Shown here: positions 46,155-56,661 of the stretch, piece after piece
Position numbering within the stretch: the first letter of the stretch is position 1
How the letters are laid out: each line of letters starts with the position of its first letter
Source: Escherichia coli
GTDB lineage: Bacteria; Pseudomonadota; Gammaproteobacteria; Enterobacterales; Enterobacteriaceae
Length of the DNA: 64,000 bases
NCBI RefSeq assembly: GCF_024223415.1
Contig: NZ_CP100502.1
Strand: one strand, 5' to 3'
The notes under the pieces: generated by a model
The model's input: the letters and a program-made list of their open reading frames with translations, nothing else
Told to the model about the DNA's origin: nothing
Databases searched by the model: none
Program-made: the position numbers and the translations under genes

Positions 46155-46847
46155 TCAGGAGTTCGGTCCGGCGTTACGGGAGATCATCTGCCGGATTTCC
46201 ATACCGGATGGTTTCAGTCTGGGGTCAACACGCTGGATGGTGATTTCGAAAACAAAAGACTGTTCTGGCTTGCTGGTTGTCTGGCCGACCAGACGCATAC
46301 GGACAGGATACTGAAATGTCCAGAACCATACGCCGTCGGACATTTGTCCCTGTCGTACCAGAACGCCAGCGCCTGTCGTGGCGGTCAGATTCATCTTCTC
46401 TTTCTTGATCGTCTCCAGAATGTTAGATGCCTGTAATGCATTCACATATCCGGCAAAACCTTCGTCAGAAAAACGCGGAGACAGAGAGGAAATCTGTGAA
46501 CGATAGTGCACAAAATCCAGGTTGAATGCGGTCGCCAGTGCCTGGCTGCCAAAGGCCATTGCGTCATTCTGACTCCATGCTGGCTGATTTGTTGGTGCCA
46601 GCCTGACCAGACGACCATTGTCTGTAGCGAAATATTCGCGCTCCACATTCGTTGAGTGCCAGTACTGAATGGCGTTACCAGTAATACTGATAAGAAGACA
46701 TGTGCCCGTACATAAAAGCGCTTTTATCAGCGCAGGGACATTATTTGCCCGCTGTTCTGACTGCTTCATAGCCCTGATTGTGCTCTTCAGTATTTCCGGG
46801 TCAGGTGCCGGATGTGATGGCGAGGATGGCTCGGTATTTTCGGTCAT
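46155..46847 (-). CDS. traM: TraM
   Basis: seq: 230 aa with N-terminal span. Confidence 0.65.
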   Translation of the reverse strand: MTENTEPSSPSHPAPDPEILKSTIRAMKQSEQRANNVPALIKALLCTGTCLLISITGNAIQYWHSTNVEREYFATDNGRLVRLAPTNQPAWSQNDAMAFGSQALATAFNLDFVHYRSQISSLSPRFSDEGFAGYVNALQASNILETIKKEKMNLTATTGAGVLVRQGQMSDGVWFWTFQYPVRMRLVGQTTSKPEQSFVFEITIQRVDPRLKPSGMEIRQMISRNAGPNS

Positions 46848-47191
46848 AGGTTGTAGTCCTTCCAGGGATCAATATTCCCCGGCAGCTTTTCATTCACCTT
46901 GTCCACGACCGCGTCGCAGACCTGGTTTTCCAGCTGCGACAGAATGTCGTCAAGGCTGGGGAACTGGGGGAGGTTTATGCTGATTTTTTTGATTCGTGAC
47001 AGACAGGACTGCAGGGATGAGGAAACATCGTTTTCACGTTGTGACCATGCATCCGCAGCTGCACGTGCTCGCTCATATCCTGTATTACTACCGGCCTGTG
47101 CCGCGCTACCCGCACGACAGGTTGCAGCACTTGCCGTGGATGAAATCAGGATAAGGCCGAGCACGGCAACCAGAGACTTATGCATGTTCAT
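46844..47191 (-). CDS. traL: TraL, secreted small protein
   Basis: seq: 115 aa with signal peptide 'MNMHKSLVAVLGLILISSTASA'. Confidence 0.6.
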   Translation of the reverse strand: MNMHKSLVAVLGLILISSTASAATCRAGSAAQAGSNTGYERARAAADAWSQRENDVSSSLQSCLSRIKKISINLPQFPSLDDILSQLENQVCDAVVDKVNEKLPGNIDPWKDYNL

Positions 47192-47208
47192 ATGGCTTCC
47201 TTACCGGC

Positions 47209-50200
47209 TCATCGGCCGGGGCTGTGGGAGAGATCCTGATGCAGAGTTTTTTCCTGCCTGTCCTCCGGCTTTTGGCTGTTGGACCACTGCTGCCATGACT
47301 GCTCGAAGCCCAGGTTTCGGTACAACGCATCAGGTTGTTTTTCCGGCGTGTAGACAGCAGCAAAAAGCGGTTCTTCCCGGGTTTTCAGATGAAACTGCAT
47401 AAGCTCCGGTGCGGGGCGATTCGTGCTGTCAGCATCGTGGTTTACCGCTTCACCATAACCTGCAAAGCGTAAACCTTTGTCGGTCAGCGCATTGATAACC
47501 AACTGACTGTTGTCGGCCGATGGGGTGGCCAGTGCCGGATACAATGTGCCGTTCAGCCGGACCACACCCTGCAGATGTTCATCGGCACTCTGGACAAGTA
47601 ACAGGTTGAGTTCACGCGTATCCTTATCCACTGATCCCAGAACAGGTGTCAGCTTGTCAGGGGCTGCGCTGGTTATTTCTGTTACCTGATTCGCGTTCTG
47701 TGGCGCGGAGACCGGATGTCGGTCTTCACCGATAAACAGATGTGAGCCGACGTTTTCTGGCATACGTAACGCTTTCATCTCTTCGGGCCACCCCTGGCTG
47801 ATTTGCGCAGCCACTTTCATAAAGGTTTCGACCGGAATCGCCTGAATACGCTGACCTTTATCCGGATTATCATGTGATACCGAGATCCCGTTGGTAACTG
47901 ACTCCATGGACCACTTATTCCGGAAACGTGCTTTTTGCTCTCCCGGGAGGATGAATTGTTCGCGGTTCTGAAGTGTCAGTGTCACCACGTCACCTTTCTG
48001 ATGGTTTTTGACCAGACTTTCCAGTTGTTCCCCCCAGTAGAGTTTGCTGCCACTGCGGTTTTTAAGCTCAACAAAGAAACTCTCTCCTTTGCCGGGTGCA
48101 TATTCAGCACGACCAAAATTGTGCAGTACGGCAGTCACGCTCTCTCCCGGGCGAAGTTTTCCTGGTGGTTCTTCGTCTGGTGCCACATCTGCCGTTTTGC
48201 CTGGTTCAGCCGGTGATGGTGCAGAGGCGGTGCTGACGGTTGATGCTTCAGGGGCAACAGGGGACGCCGGGGATTGTGTGGCTTCTTTTTCCTGAACGGG
48301 GTCAGGGACAGCCGGTTGTTCTGGGGTATTCCGGTTAAGTTCCGGTGTTGGCTGATGGGTGACAACTGCATCCTTACTGACAGCCATTTCCTTGCGTAAT
48401 TTTTCTAGTTCAGCCCGTTGATCTGGCAATTTCATCCGGACATCGATGTTGTGCTCGATAATCAACTGCATTGCTTTTTGCTTAAAGGCATCACTGCCCG
48501 TCAGCTCTATGACGCCCCCATAAAATTTGGTGGCCACAGCAAGTGCGGCCAGAACGCTGCGATCGTCATTGCTGGCACCGTTGACCATTTCCAGCCGGTT
48601 TACCCGGTCAATGAAGGCAGGTTTGCCATCCAGTTTGTACAGGACGGTTCTGTCTGCTCGTTTTTCCCAGTCAAGCTCTTTAAGAATTTCGTCCATGTTG
48701 AGCGATATCGGTGCATCAGAACGTTCCGGGGCGTAGACAATACTGTCAGGTATCGGTGGAGTCGTCGTGGTTTCCGCTGAGGGCGTGGGATCACTGTTCT
48801 CATGTGCCTGTGAATCCGTTTTTTTACGCGTAAAAAAGCCACGCGCTTTGTCGAGAAACGATGAAGTATTATCAGAAGGTGATGTGCTCTGAACAGGTTG
48901 CTGTGGAGTGGGTTCATCCCGGACAGCCGGTTCTGCAGTATCTGTTGTGGCCTGAAGTTCTGACTCATCTGCCTGAACGTGGTCTGTGTCCGGTTGCGAC
49001 GGCATATCACTGTTTTCCTGCAGATGCTCAGGATTTTCATTGTTCATCAGCTCCTGATATGCGCTGTAGTTTTCGTATTCTTCGGGGCCATCTGACTCAG
49101 GAAGGAACGGCTCTGGCTGAAGGGGAATGTCTTCAGTTACATGGTTGACCGCCTCTTCCCGGGGAGTATCCGGGGATATTCCGGTGCTTTGTTTGTCATC
49201 AGGCTCCGTCATCACGGTCATTTCCTCTTTGACTGCATCAGGGGAAGGTGATGGCTCGGCTGATTCATTCATGGTTTCAGATGAGGGACTGTCTTCAGGG
49301 GATGCGGGGGCGGCAGCAGGGGCCGGTATTTCAGGTGAAGTGCCGGATTCCTGTTGTGACTCGTTTTTTTCCGGTTGTGACAGTTCGGCTTCAAATTCAC
49401 GCCAGTCTTTATCTGTGGCCACCGAGACAACTTTTTCCGGAGGTTCCGCCGGATGAGCGGGTTCATCAGGGGCAGATGCCGTTGTACTTTCCGGGGACGC
49501 CGGTGATTCTGCAGGGGAGTCCTGAACTACAGAGCTTTCCGTTTGCGCCTGAACGTTATCAGCGTGCCGCTCATCTTTGCCGTTATTTTCAGTGGCGTGA
49601 CTGGTAAATGACTGTGTTTCATCAGCAATGTTACTGCTGGAAGCAGCTGGTTGTTCCTGCTGCGTGGCGGACGGCAGAGAAGGTCCCTGGTCATGGCTGT
49701 GCCCTGTATCGGGTGATGTTTCAGGATATTCTGTCGGAGTCATGGTTTTTTCCTCAGTGTGGACCGGTGTAAAAACGAGGTTGCCGATCACCAGTGCCTC
49801 GCGGATTTCCGGGGTGTTACTGTTGGGGGTGGAAACCCCGATGTGTTCTAACTGGGCGTTGATGACATGCTGAAAAGCGGCCCGTCCCCGGCTTGCGTCC
49901 AGGTCATTGAAATCGGTCAGCCCCTGCGCTTTTTCGGCATCGGTGAACGCAGGAAAGATGACCGTTCCTCCTGTCAGTTCTGCGGCTTTTGTTGCACTGA
50001 CGATACCTTTGTTAACCCGGATTGCATGATCGTTGTCGGCACAGAAGATAAAGGGGCTTTGCGTCCACTTTTGCCGGGCATTTTCGGCAACGGCAATCAT
50101 GTTGCCTCCATCCACCGTCATCAGTACCGGAAGGCCCGTGGCTTCGTGCAGGGAGGCCGCAGTGGCATAGCCCTCGGCAAACAGTACCGGCTGACCGTTG

Positions 50201-50976
50201 CGCGGTGTGCCCAGCGCAAACCAGTTACCGGTTTTCTCTGAATCTTTCAGGATGCGGGCATCCTTCCCCCCGGTGACCGGAATACGCTGGTAAGAGCGTA
50301 TCGCGCCGTTACGGTTACTGAAGGGAATAACCAGTTCATTTTTGTTGTTTACCCGCACCCCCGGTGCAGCCTGAATGCCTTTCCGGGTCAGGTATTCATG
50401 TGCTGTGGCCTGCGGCCATTTGTTGACATAGCGGCGGGCATACGCGGCCTGTCGGTTGTACTGTGCTTTCAGTTCCCGCTCCGCGTCCTCCCTGCGTTGC
50501 ATTGAATGCGCTTTCAGGTGGAGTCTTGCGCGGGGATCTGTCTGTTCTCCGCCGGAGAAGGTCCAGGTGATCGGCGAATCATCCGCGCTGCGATAATCCC
50601 TGTACCAGCCGGCAGGTCTGCCGTCCAGGAATCCGCGATATGCGCCACTTTTTTGTCCTTTTTTGTCATCGGCGGTCGGGACACGGTGGATTTTCCCGTC
50701 CATGACCGGCAGTTCTTTCAGAACCAGTCCGGCATTCTCCAGAACCTGGGCAAACTCGGTGACCGGATCACTGCCGTTCATGGAGACGTCCTGTGGCCGG
50801 GGCAGCCAGCGGTCCAGCCTGGACAGGTCCGCCCCCGGGCGGGCGAACCAGAGTTTGTGCTCCTTGTCCCAGATGACGGGCGTGTGCCCGTTCATCGGGG
50901 GATGTGCTTTTTTGAGATCTTCTATTTCATCTGCAGGCACGGCAAGCCAGGTGCGGTAGCGGGATACAGACGGCAT
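47209..50976 (-). CDS. sog: Sog conjugative DNA primase
   Basis: seq: ATG 50976 with GGAG RBS gives 1255 aa 'MPSVSRYRTW...' (track ORF 1301 aa from 51114); acidic/Pro-rich middle region. known: size and position match IncI1 Sog. Confidence 0.85.
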   Translation of the reverse strand: MPSVSRYRTWLAVPADEIEDLKKAHPPMNGHTPVIWDKEHKLWFARPGADLSRLDRWLPRPQDVSMNGSDPVTEFAQVLENAGLVLKELPVMDGKIHRVPTADDKKGQKSGAYRGFLDGRPAGWYRDYRSADDSPITWTFSGGEQTDPRARLHLKAHSMQRREDAERELKAQYNRQAAYARRYVNKWPQATAHEYLTRKGIQAAPGVRVNNKNELVIPFSNRNGAIRSYQRIPVTGGKDARILKDSEKTGNWFALGTPRNGQPVLFAEGYATAASLHEATGLPVLMTVDGGNMIAVAENARQKWTQSPFIFCADNDHAIRVNKGIVSATKAAELTGGTVIFPAFTDAEKAQGLTDFNDLDASRGRAAFQHVINAQLEHIGVSTPNSNTPEIREALVIGNLVFTPVHTEEKTMTPTEYPETSPDTGHSHDQGPSLPSATQQEQPAASSSNIADETQSFTSHATENNGKDERHADNVQAQTESSVVQDSPAESPASPESTTASAPDEPAHPAEPPEKVVSVATDKDWREFEAELSQPEKNESQQESGTSPEIPAPAAAPASPEDSPSSETMNESAEPSPSPDAVKEEMTVMTEPDDKQSTGISPDTPREEAVNHVTEDIPLQPEPFLPESDGPEEYENYSAYQELMNNENPEHLQENSDMPSQPDTDHVQADESELQATTDTAEPAVRDEPTPQQPVQSTSPSDNTSSFLDKARGFFTRKKTDSQAHENSDPTPSAETTTTPPIPDSIVYAPERSDAPISLNMDEILKELDWEKRADRTVLYKLDGKPAFIDRVNRLEMVNGASNDDRSVLAALAVATKFYGGVIELTGSDAFKQKAMQLIIEHNIDVRMKLPDQRAELEKLRKEMAVSKDAVVTHQPTPELNRNTPEQPAVPDPVQEKEATQSPASPVAPEASTVSTASAPSPAEPGKTADVAPDEEPPGKLRPGESVTAVLHNFGRAEYAPGKGESFFVELKNRSGSKLYWGEQLESLVKNHQKGDVVTLTLQNREQFILPGEQKARFRNKWSMESVTNGISVSHDNPDKGQRIQAIPVETFMKVAAQISQGWPEEMKALRMPENVGSHLFIGEDRHPVSAPQNANQVTEITSAAPDKLTPVLGSVDKDTRELNLLLVQSADEHLQGVVRLNGTLYPALATPSADNSQLVINALTDKGLRFAGYGEAVNHDADSTNRPAPELMQFHLKTREEPLFAAVYTPEKQPDALYRNLGFEQSWQQWSNSQKPEDRQEKTLHQDLSHSPGR

Positions 50977-51064
50977 GAGTGCTTCTCCTGAAAAAAGACG
51001 GAAAAAAACCACCGCCGGAAGCCGGGGGGGCTGGGGGGATAGAAAATCGGGGGAGAAATGTTTG

Positions 51065-51616
51065 TCAGGGTTTCCAGTCTGTACCCTTATTCCAGCGATC
51101 CTGCCAGTGTTCAAGATATTGTGCGGCTACATCCGGCATATTCTTGAGCACAACGACATTCTCTGAATTCTTGCGTGCAGCAGCACGAGAGAAGTTATAG
51201 GAGCCAGTTTCAACCGTGTTTCCGTCAACAATGATGACTTTGTCGTGATGGATGGGGAAGGCATCTACAGTCCGGAGAGGAATGTCCAGCAGGTTGATAT
51301 ATTTCATCGCTTCCTGACTTGCCCGGTTCGTATTCCCCTTGTCATCAACAACAATACGGACGTCCACTCCGCGTTTTTTCGCTTTTGCCAGCGCATGCAT
51401 TACATCCGGGTCGGTGAAGGAATATGCCATCATCCTGATGGAGCTTTCCGCACTGTTGATTGTGTCAAGCACCAGAGCGGATGCGCTTCCTTCAGGAGAA
51501 AAGCCGACCTTCACGGATGGCGTGTCGATCATTGCAAACGATGGTGTCGTGAACAGTAACGGGCATGCCAGTAGCGATACCCGGAGCAGAGTAACGATAG
51601 TTTTTTTACCTGACAT
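51065..51616 (-). CDS. nuc: Secreted phospholipase-D-family endonuclease Nuc
   Basis: seq: ATG 51616 with GGAG RBS gives 183 aa 'MSGKKTIVTLLRVSLLACPLLF...'; HKD motif 'IHHDKVIIVDGNTVETGSYNFSRAA' (track ORF 303 aa). Confidence 0.8.
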   Translation of the reverse strand: MSGKKTIVTLLRVSLLACPLLFTTPSFAMIDTPSVKVGFSPEGSASALVLDTINSAESSIRMMAYSFTDPDVMHALAKAKKRGVDVRIVVDDKGNTNRASQEAMKYINLLDIPLRTVDAFPIHHDKVIIVDGNTVETGSYNFSRAAARKNSENVVVLKNMPDVAAQYLEHWQDRWNKGTDWKP

Positions 51617-51630
51617 AAAGACTCCAGAAT

Positions 51631-51921
51631 TTAATCGAGGCCAGTCCAGTCTCGTGGTGATTCCGTATGGTGGCGATACCACCATGGACGACCGGAGGCG
51701 ATGGCCCCTCTCAGAATGCTGAAAATGCGTGTACAGATAGTCCTGACAGTCCAGCCTGAACGGTCGAGAATAACGAAAAATAAAATGATGCCGGTGCAAA
51801 TCCAGAAGGTTGTTTTGGAGGGAAAGGGGCATATAAACAGATAAATCATGGTGAACGGCAGAGGTACGCCCTGGATGTTGACTGGCGGTGTTGCATATCG
51901 CCAGAAACCTTCTCTTTTCAT
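51631..51921 (-). CDS. traK: TraK, small membrane protein
   Basis: seq: 96 aa, hydrophobic core; coupled to traJ. Confidence 0.55.
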   Translation of the reverse strand: MKREGFWRYATPPVNIQGVPLPFTMIYLFICPFPSKTTFWICTGIILFFVILDRSGWTVRTICTRIFSILRGAIASGRPWWYRHHTESPRDWTGLD

Positions 51922-53066
51922 GACCGTAACTCCCCTGGCGGGATAAAAAGAATCGCTTCTCTTCGGTCAACTTCATTCCGGATATACATTTCCAGAATCT
52001 GGTCCCGGATACGGCGCTTCTCCTGCCGGATTATGGCATCAATGTGATGCCCCCACTCTGCATGCGGCATTCCGGAAAGATTGTCGCGAAGCTCATCGTT
52101 AATGACGATATATTCCCGGACGGCTTTACGACCACCGTCATTTGTTCTGACCAGAACCTGAACCAGAATGAACTGCAACAGTGACAGGACAGCCCAGGCC
52201 ATCGAATCCCTGATGACAGGGGGAAACAGCCCAAGAAGACGTGCCAGCGTTTCACCAGGAGATTTCGTATGCATGGTGCTCAGGCAGTAATGCCCGGTGT
52301 TGCCTGCCTGTACCGCTGCGTCGGCGGTTTCGTTATCCCTGATCTCACCAACACCGATAATTTCGGGATTACGTCGTACAGCAGAACGCAGTCCGGCAGC
52401 AAAACTGACCACATCACGCCCGATTTCTGCCTGATGCGGTGGGAGCAGATCGTTTTCATTTCCCAGGATATATTCCACCGGGTCTTCATATGTCACGATT
52501 TTGGCGTCGGGGAAATTGTCCATAATGTAACGGTACAGTGCTGAACACAGCGTTGATTTTCCTGACCCGGTTTCACCACATACAAATCCCAGACCGCTTT
52601 TGCAGACCATTGCTTCAAGCAGGTCTGGTTCAATGTTCATGGAGAGAATGTCCGGTATTTCTGTCGGGATGACACGCATGGTTATTGAGATTGCTTTCTC
52701 CTCCGCACCAGATGTGCCCTGAATGAGGTGAGAGCGTAACCGGATGCGTTCTCCGCGTTTAAGACCATAGCGCCCGGATGCATCCCCGTTAATCTGTATC
52801 GTCCTGTCAACCGGATTGCCTGCCAGAACGCGGGGAATGACTTCCCGACCGAACAGTTCATCAATCAGGGAGGACATGAGTGTGGTTGGTAACGTTGCAC
52901 TGGAACAACGCACCCGTCGGCCAAAGCGACTGACAGATACAGGTGACCCGCCGGTCAGATCCACATCACTGACTTTATGTGCGGCACACCAGACAAAGAA
53001 ATGCCGTAGTTCATCTGCAGTGAAACGCTGAAACGGAAAAAGACCAAACTCATCAGGAATATTCAT
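51918..53066 (-). CDS. traJ: TraJ, PilT/DotB-like T4SS ATPase
   Basis: seq: 382 aa with Walker A 'GETGSGKST'. Confidence 0.85.
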   Translation of the reverse strand: MNIPDEFGLFPFQRFTADELRHFFVWCAAHKVSDVDLTGGSPVSVSRFGRRVRCSSATLPTTLMSSLIDELFGREVIPRVLAGNPVDRTIQINGDASGRYGLKRGERIRLRSHLIQGTSGAEEKAISITMRVIPTEIPDILSMNIEPDLLEAMVCKSGLGFVCGETGSGKSTLCSALYRYIMDNFPDAKIVTYEDPVEYILGNENDLLPPHQAEIGRDVVSFAAGLRSAVRRNPEIIGVGEIRDNETADAAVQAGNTGHYCLSTMHTKSPGETLARLLGLFPPVIRDSMAWAVLSLLQFILVQVLVRTNDGGRKAVREYIVINDELRDNLSGMPHAEWGHHIDAIIRQEKRRIRDQILEMYIRNEVDRREAILFIPPGELRS

Positions 53067-53881
53067 CGGGAGCCTCCTTCAGTGCCTATAAGCGGACGCC
53101 AGTGAGATTTCTGAAGATTGAATTCCGCATGATTTTTAAGGCGACGAACACGATCTCCAGTGACCAGTTTTTTCCCGTCACCTGTAACGGTTTGCATTTG
53201 ATCAGAAACATCCGGACGGGTGATCATGCCCTGACGCCAGAGAAGTGAGTACAGCATCATGCCCCGGTAATCACGGGTGAGGGTTTTCTGGTTGGCTTCA
53301 AGCGTCAGGTCGGCGTTTTGTCTTCCTTCCTGCCATCCCTGCCGTAATGCGGTTTCCCACACTTTTCGTTGCACGCTGTCTTCTGGAACGACGCTGCCTT
53401 CTGTACCCGGAGTGGCTGTTGTTGAAAGCCCCCGGAGAAGCCAGTCACGCCAGCCCGGTGGATTGCTGACAAAGCGTTCAGGGCGAATGATGGTCCAGAC
53501 CCGGGAAGAGGTCCGGATTTGATCTGGCGTGATATGAGCTACGTCCTGTGCTTCATCAATAACCGGTGGTAGCCAGCCTTCCGGGCTAATCAGTGGCCGG
53601 AAATCGTATAAGGCATTAAGTGTGCTTTCCCGGGCGTTGAGCGCCTGAATCAGCTCCCATGAACGCTGAGCCTTGCCACCACGAAATCCAAGCGTTTTAC
53701 CTGCGTCTGTCAGCATTTTCCAGCGTGTTTCTGACAGACTATCCGGCTTTTCACTTCGTGGTTTAAGCCATGCATTAATGTCAGGTGGTGGCGTATTGAC
53801 ACCACCTGGCGAGATGGTAGGGGAAGAAGAACAACCAGTAAGCAGTATTACTGGCAAAAGGAGAGAGGTGAGTGCTTTCAT
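53063..53881 (-). CDS. traI: TraI lipoprotein
   Basis: seq: 272 aa with lipobox 'LLLPVILLTGCSS'. Confidence 0.7.
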   Translation of the reverse strand: MKALTSLLLPVILLTGCSSSPTISPGGVNTPPPDINAWLKPRSEKPDSLSETRWKMLTDAGKTLGFRGGKAQRSWELIQALNARESTLNALYDFRPLISPEGWLPPVIDEAQDVAHITPDQIRTSSRVWTIIRPERFVSNPPGWRDWLLRGLSTTATPGTEGSVVPEDSVQRKVWETALRQGWQEGRQNADLTLEANQKTLTRDYRGMMLYSLLWRQGMITRPDVSDQMQTVTGDGKKLVTGDRVRRLKNHAEFNLQKSHWRPLIGTEGGSR

Positions 53882-54336
53882 TTTTTCCGGTTCTCCGGCT
53901 GCATGAAGCTGACCTGTAACAAGCCCGGATATTGATGGATTGTTGCTCTCCAGGCTGTCTGGGCTTCAATAAGTCTCAACGTATTGGAAAACGTCATATC
54001 CCGGACGTGAAGGTTGACTGGTAACGGCAGGCGGACACCATTGTAGTTAAACTGCATCCCCCTGACTCTGGCCAGTTCGTTCAGTAATTCAATTGCATCA
54101 CCTTCCCAGTCAAAGGAAAGGCGATCGCTGTTAGCTGTCAGAAGATGAGACCCCGTTGAAACCGGAAGTTGGCCGGAAAATACACCTTTGTCCCATAATG
54201 TGTACTGAGTGTGCCGGGTAACCGCCACATCAGAGGCAGCACCGTAGTTACGCGGAACAGGAGTATGCTGAGAAGGGGAGTTGCAGCCAGCCAGAAAAAG
54301 GGCGGCAAGACACCCCGCAGGTATAATACGGTTCAT
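53878..54336 (-). CDS. traH: TraH lipoprotein
   Basis: seq: 152 aa with lipobox 'LAALFLAGCNS'. Confidence 0.7.
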   Translation of the reverse strand: MNRIIPAGCLAALFLAGCNSPSQHTPVPRNYGAASDVAVTRHTQYTLWDKGVFSGQLPVSTGSHLLTANSDRLSFDWEGDAIELLNELARVRGMQFNYNGVRLPLPVNLHVRDMTFSNTLRLIEAQTAWRATIHQYPGLLQVSFMQPENRKK

Positions 54337-54730
54337 AATAATTCCTGAGCAGTTAAATCAGAATGGGATATACCGGTGCTCCGGTACAGACAGGATGATG
54401 TTTGTTTCCGGCTATACTTGCGTTACCGGAAATAAATGCCAGTGTGGCCAGGTAAATAGCCTCATAGTTTACTGAAGGTGATTATTCCTGATACTGGCTG
54501 GTTGATGTGTCGTCAGACATAAAACGAATATGAGCGTAATCTTTAACGCTCCGCGCCGAATCGATCCATGATGGATGACTCGACGATTTATGAATCGAAC
54601 GTACCGGCGCTTGTCCCTGAAACAGTTCCCGGCCCTCGTCCGGATAACCTGCAATTCAGACAGGCACATGTGCCCGTACACTCTTGTATCTTACTGAGTA
54701 TATCAGAATTTATGTAAATTCAAATATCCT

Positions 54731-55315
54731 CTATGCCTCTTTGTTGTATTTTCCGTCAAGTATGAGCCGGGTACCATCGTAATGCATGATCAGGGCATCA
54801 AGGTACGCCGGTTTGAATTTCTTGCCGAGCCTATCTCTGGCCAGAAATGATAAACAATGATTATGTGTCATTATTACTATGTTCCTTTTATGAGATTCTC
54901 TTGCGATTGATTCAAGCGTCTTATAAAGATCATTATTGCAGTCTGATAAACTGTCCATAACGACGGGTTCTTTACCGGAGAAGAATTTTGCAGTTTGTAT
55001 GGTTCTTACCGCATTGCTGGAGTAAATATCATATTCACTGAAGATTGTTGCGAACTTAATACCTTCCTGCTGTGCTTTCTCTGTACCGGTAATAGTGATT
55101 CCGCTTTTATCCGAATAGCATGGCATATCTGAACGGTCGCAACGTTCTCCATGGCGGAAAAGGAAAATAACGGTGTTATCAGCATTAATTTCTTTTGCCT
55201 GTTCCAGGGTGATATCGGGAAGCGAGCTTTTTGCTTTTGTCACTGCCGCTACCAGGAAAACAGAAAATAAAAGAATGAATGCTGTTTTTGAATAAGAAGA
55301 ACGTGGTTTCATCAT
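54731..55315 (-). CDS. Secreted histidine-phosphatase-superfamily protein (possibly traG)
   Basis: seq: 194 aa with signal peptide and RHG motif 'FLFRHGER'. infer: traG naming by position only. Confidence 0.55.
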   Translation of the reverse strand: MMKPRSSYSKTAFILLFSVFLVAAVTKAKSSLPDITLEQAKEINADNTVIFLFRHGERCDRSDMPCYSDKSGITITGTEKAQQEGIKFATIFSEYDIYSSNAVRTIQTAKFFSGKEPVVMDSLSDCNNDLYKTLESIARESHKRNIVIMTHNHCLSFLARDRLGKKFKPAYLDALIMHYDGTRLILDGKYNKEA

Positions 55316-55374
55316 GTTATTTAAACTGAATATAAAAATACCCCCGGGTTTAGTGCCGGGGGCGGGGACAGTAA

Positions 55375-56577
55375 TCAGAAAGTGAACTGAAGTTGTGCCA
55401 TTGCACCGTAATCGTGGTCAGTTCCTACCAGGCCGGAAACATCGATATGTACGACGTCAAATGGAGAGATACCAACGCCAGCGGTGAAGGCGCTTCCGGA
55501 GTTTGATGCCATGTTCTGACGATAACCGGCACGCAATTGCGCCCATTTCCATGCGTTAAATTCAGCACCAACACTTGCAAACTGACGTTTGCTGTCAGAA
55601 GTGAAGCCACTGGCAGGAGTCAGATCAATGTCAAGAGCAGTGGTAAACAGGTCATTATGCCAGGATACACCGGCGGTTGCCTGCGGACGAACTTTGAAGG
55701 TTTCTTTAAAGCCATTGACGACTTTAGTATCAATACTGCGTGGAATGATGTTCTGGGCAACAAGACCGACAGTCCAGTTGTCATTCAGGTCTGTATAAGC
55801 ACCAATATCGGCGTTGAATCCGTTTTTCGTGTTGTGGTACTTGTCACCGTCAAAATCGTCTTTGTCGTAATCACGAACCGTTACGTTGTAGTTAAACAGG
55901 TCCACACGCTGATATTTTGGTGTGACGCCAAGAGACCATTTTTGTCCGGCCGTTTCCAGTTCTTTGGCAAATGAAATTCCGACGTCGGTAATTACAGCTG
56001 CACGCCCGAATGCGCGTGAGGTCAGGGCATTCTTATCGACGTCGGTAATTGTTCCATTGGCAACTTTGTCCAGATAATCCAGGTCTGCATCGTTTACTTT
56101 TCCGTTTACGCTGACAGTTCCGTAAGACTTGACCATAAGGGCAAACGGCAGAGTGTCATTTGCCATGGCTGCTACAGCTGATACACCTACCTGAGCATCT
56201 GCATTGATATTGCGGAATTCCTGCAGACGATGTTTAAGATTTGCCGCTGCCTGTTGTACGCCATGCTGGTTATCTACAGCACTGTCAAACAAATCCCAGT
56301 CATCTTTAACATCATCAGCTTTATTTGATACATCATCAGGATCAGCAACTTGTGCCCCAACAGACGGCAGAAGAAGGCTGAAATCATCATTGCTGTTGTG
56401 CTTTGTCAGTAAAGCCGGGTTTGCCAGAGGTGCCACACCATAATGGGAAGATGCTACCCCGGTACCACCCATTGCATCGTTACGCGCTTCAAAATATGAC
56501 GTCGCTGCTGCAGCGTTAAAGGAAAATAATACAGCAGATGCAATGATGGTGCGGGTAATATGATTTTTCTTCATCAT
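55375..56577 (-). CDS. Outer-membrane beta-barrel-like protein (possibly traF)
   Basis: seq: 400 aa with signal peptide 'MMKKNHITRTIIASAVLFSFNAAAA' and C-terminal 'QLQFTF'. infer: traF naming by position only. Confidence 0.55.
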   Translation of the reverse strand: MMKKNHITRTIIASAVLFSFNAAAATSYFEARNDAMGGTGVASSHYGVAPLANPALLTKHNSNDDFSLLLPSVGAQVADPDDVSNKADDVKDDWDLFDSAVDNQHGVQQAAANLKHRLQEFRNINADAQVGVSAVAAMANDTLPFALMVKSYGTVSVNGKVNDADLDYLDKVANGTITDVDKNALTSRAFGRAAVITDVGISFAKELETAGQKWSLGVTPKYQRVDLFNYNVTVRDYDKDDFDGDKYHNTKNGFNADIGAYTDLNDNWTVGLVAQNIIPRSIDTKVVNGFKETFKVRPQATAGVSWHNDLFTTALDIDLTPASGFTSDSKRQFASVGAEFNAWKWAQLRAGYRQNMASNSGSAFTAGVGISPFDVVHIDVSGLVGTDHDYGAMAQLQFTF

Positions 56578-56661
56578 TTAATTTCCTGTTTATCAGAATT
56601 TAGACAAAACAACGCTATGACACGGATGTGCCGTAATTTTTACTTTGGTACTATCTGGTAT

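Noticed and set aside
54337-54730. 70-aa ORF (54469..54681) and possible hidden gene in the gap upstream of traH
   Set aside because: No RBS or motif; the gap more plausibly holds the promoter for the traH to nuc transcription unit. Not excluded as a small RNA but no supporting structure seen.
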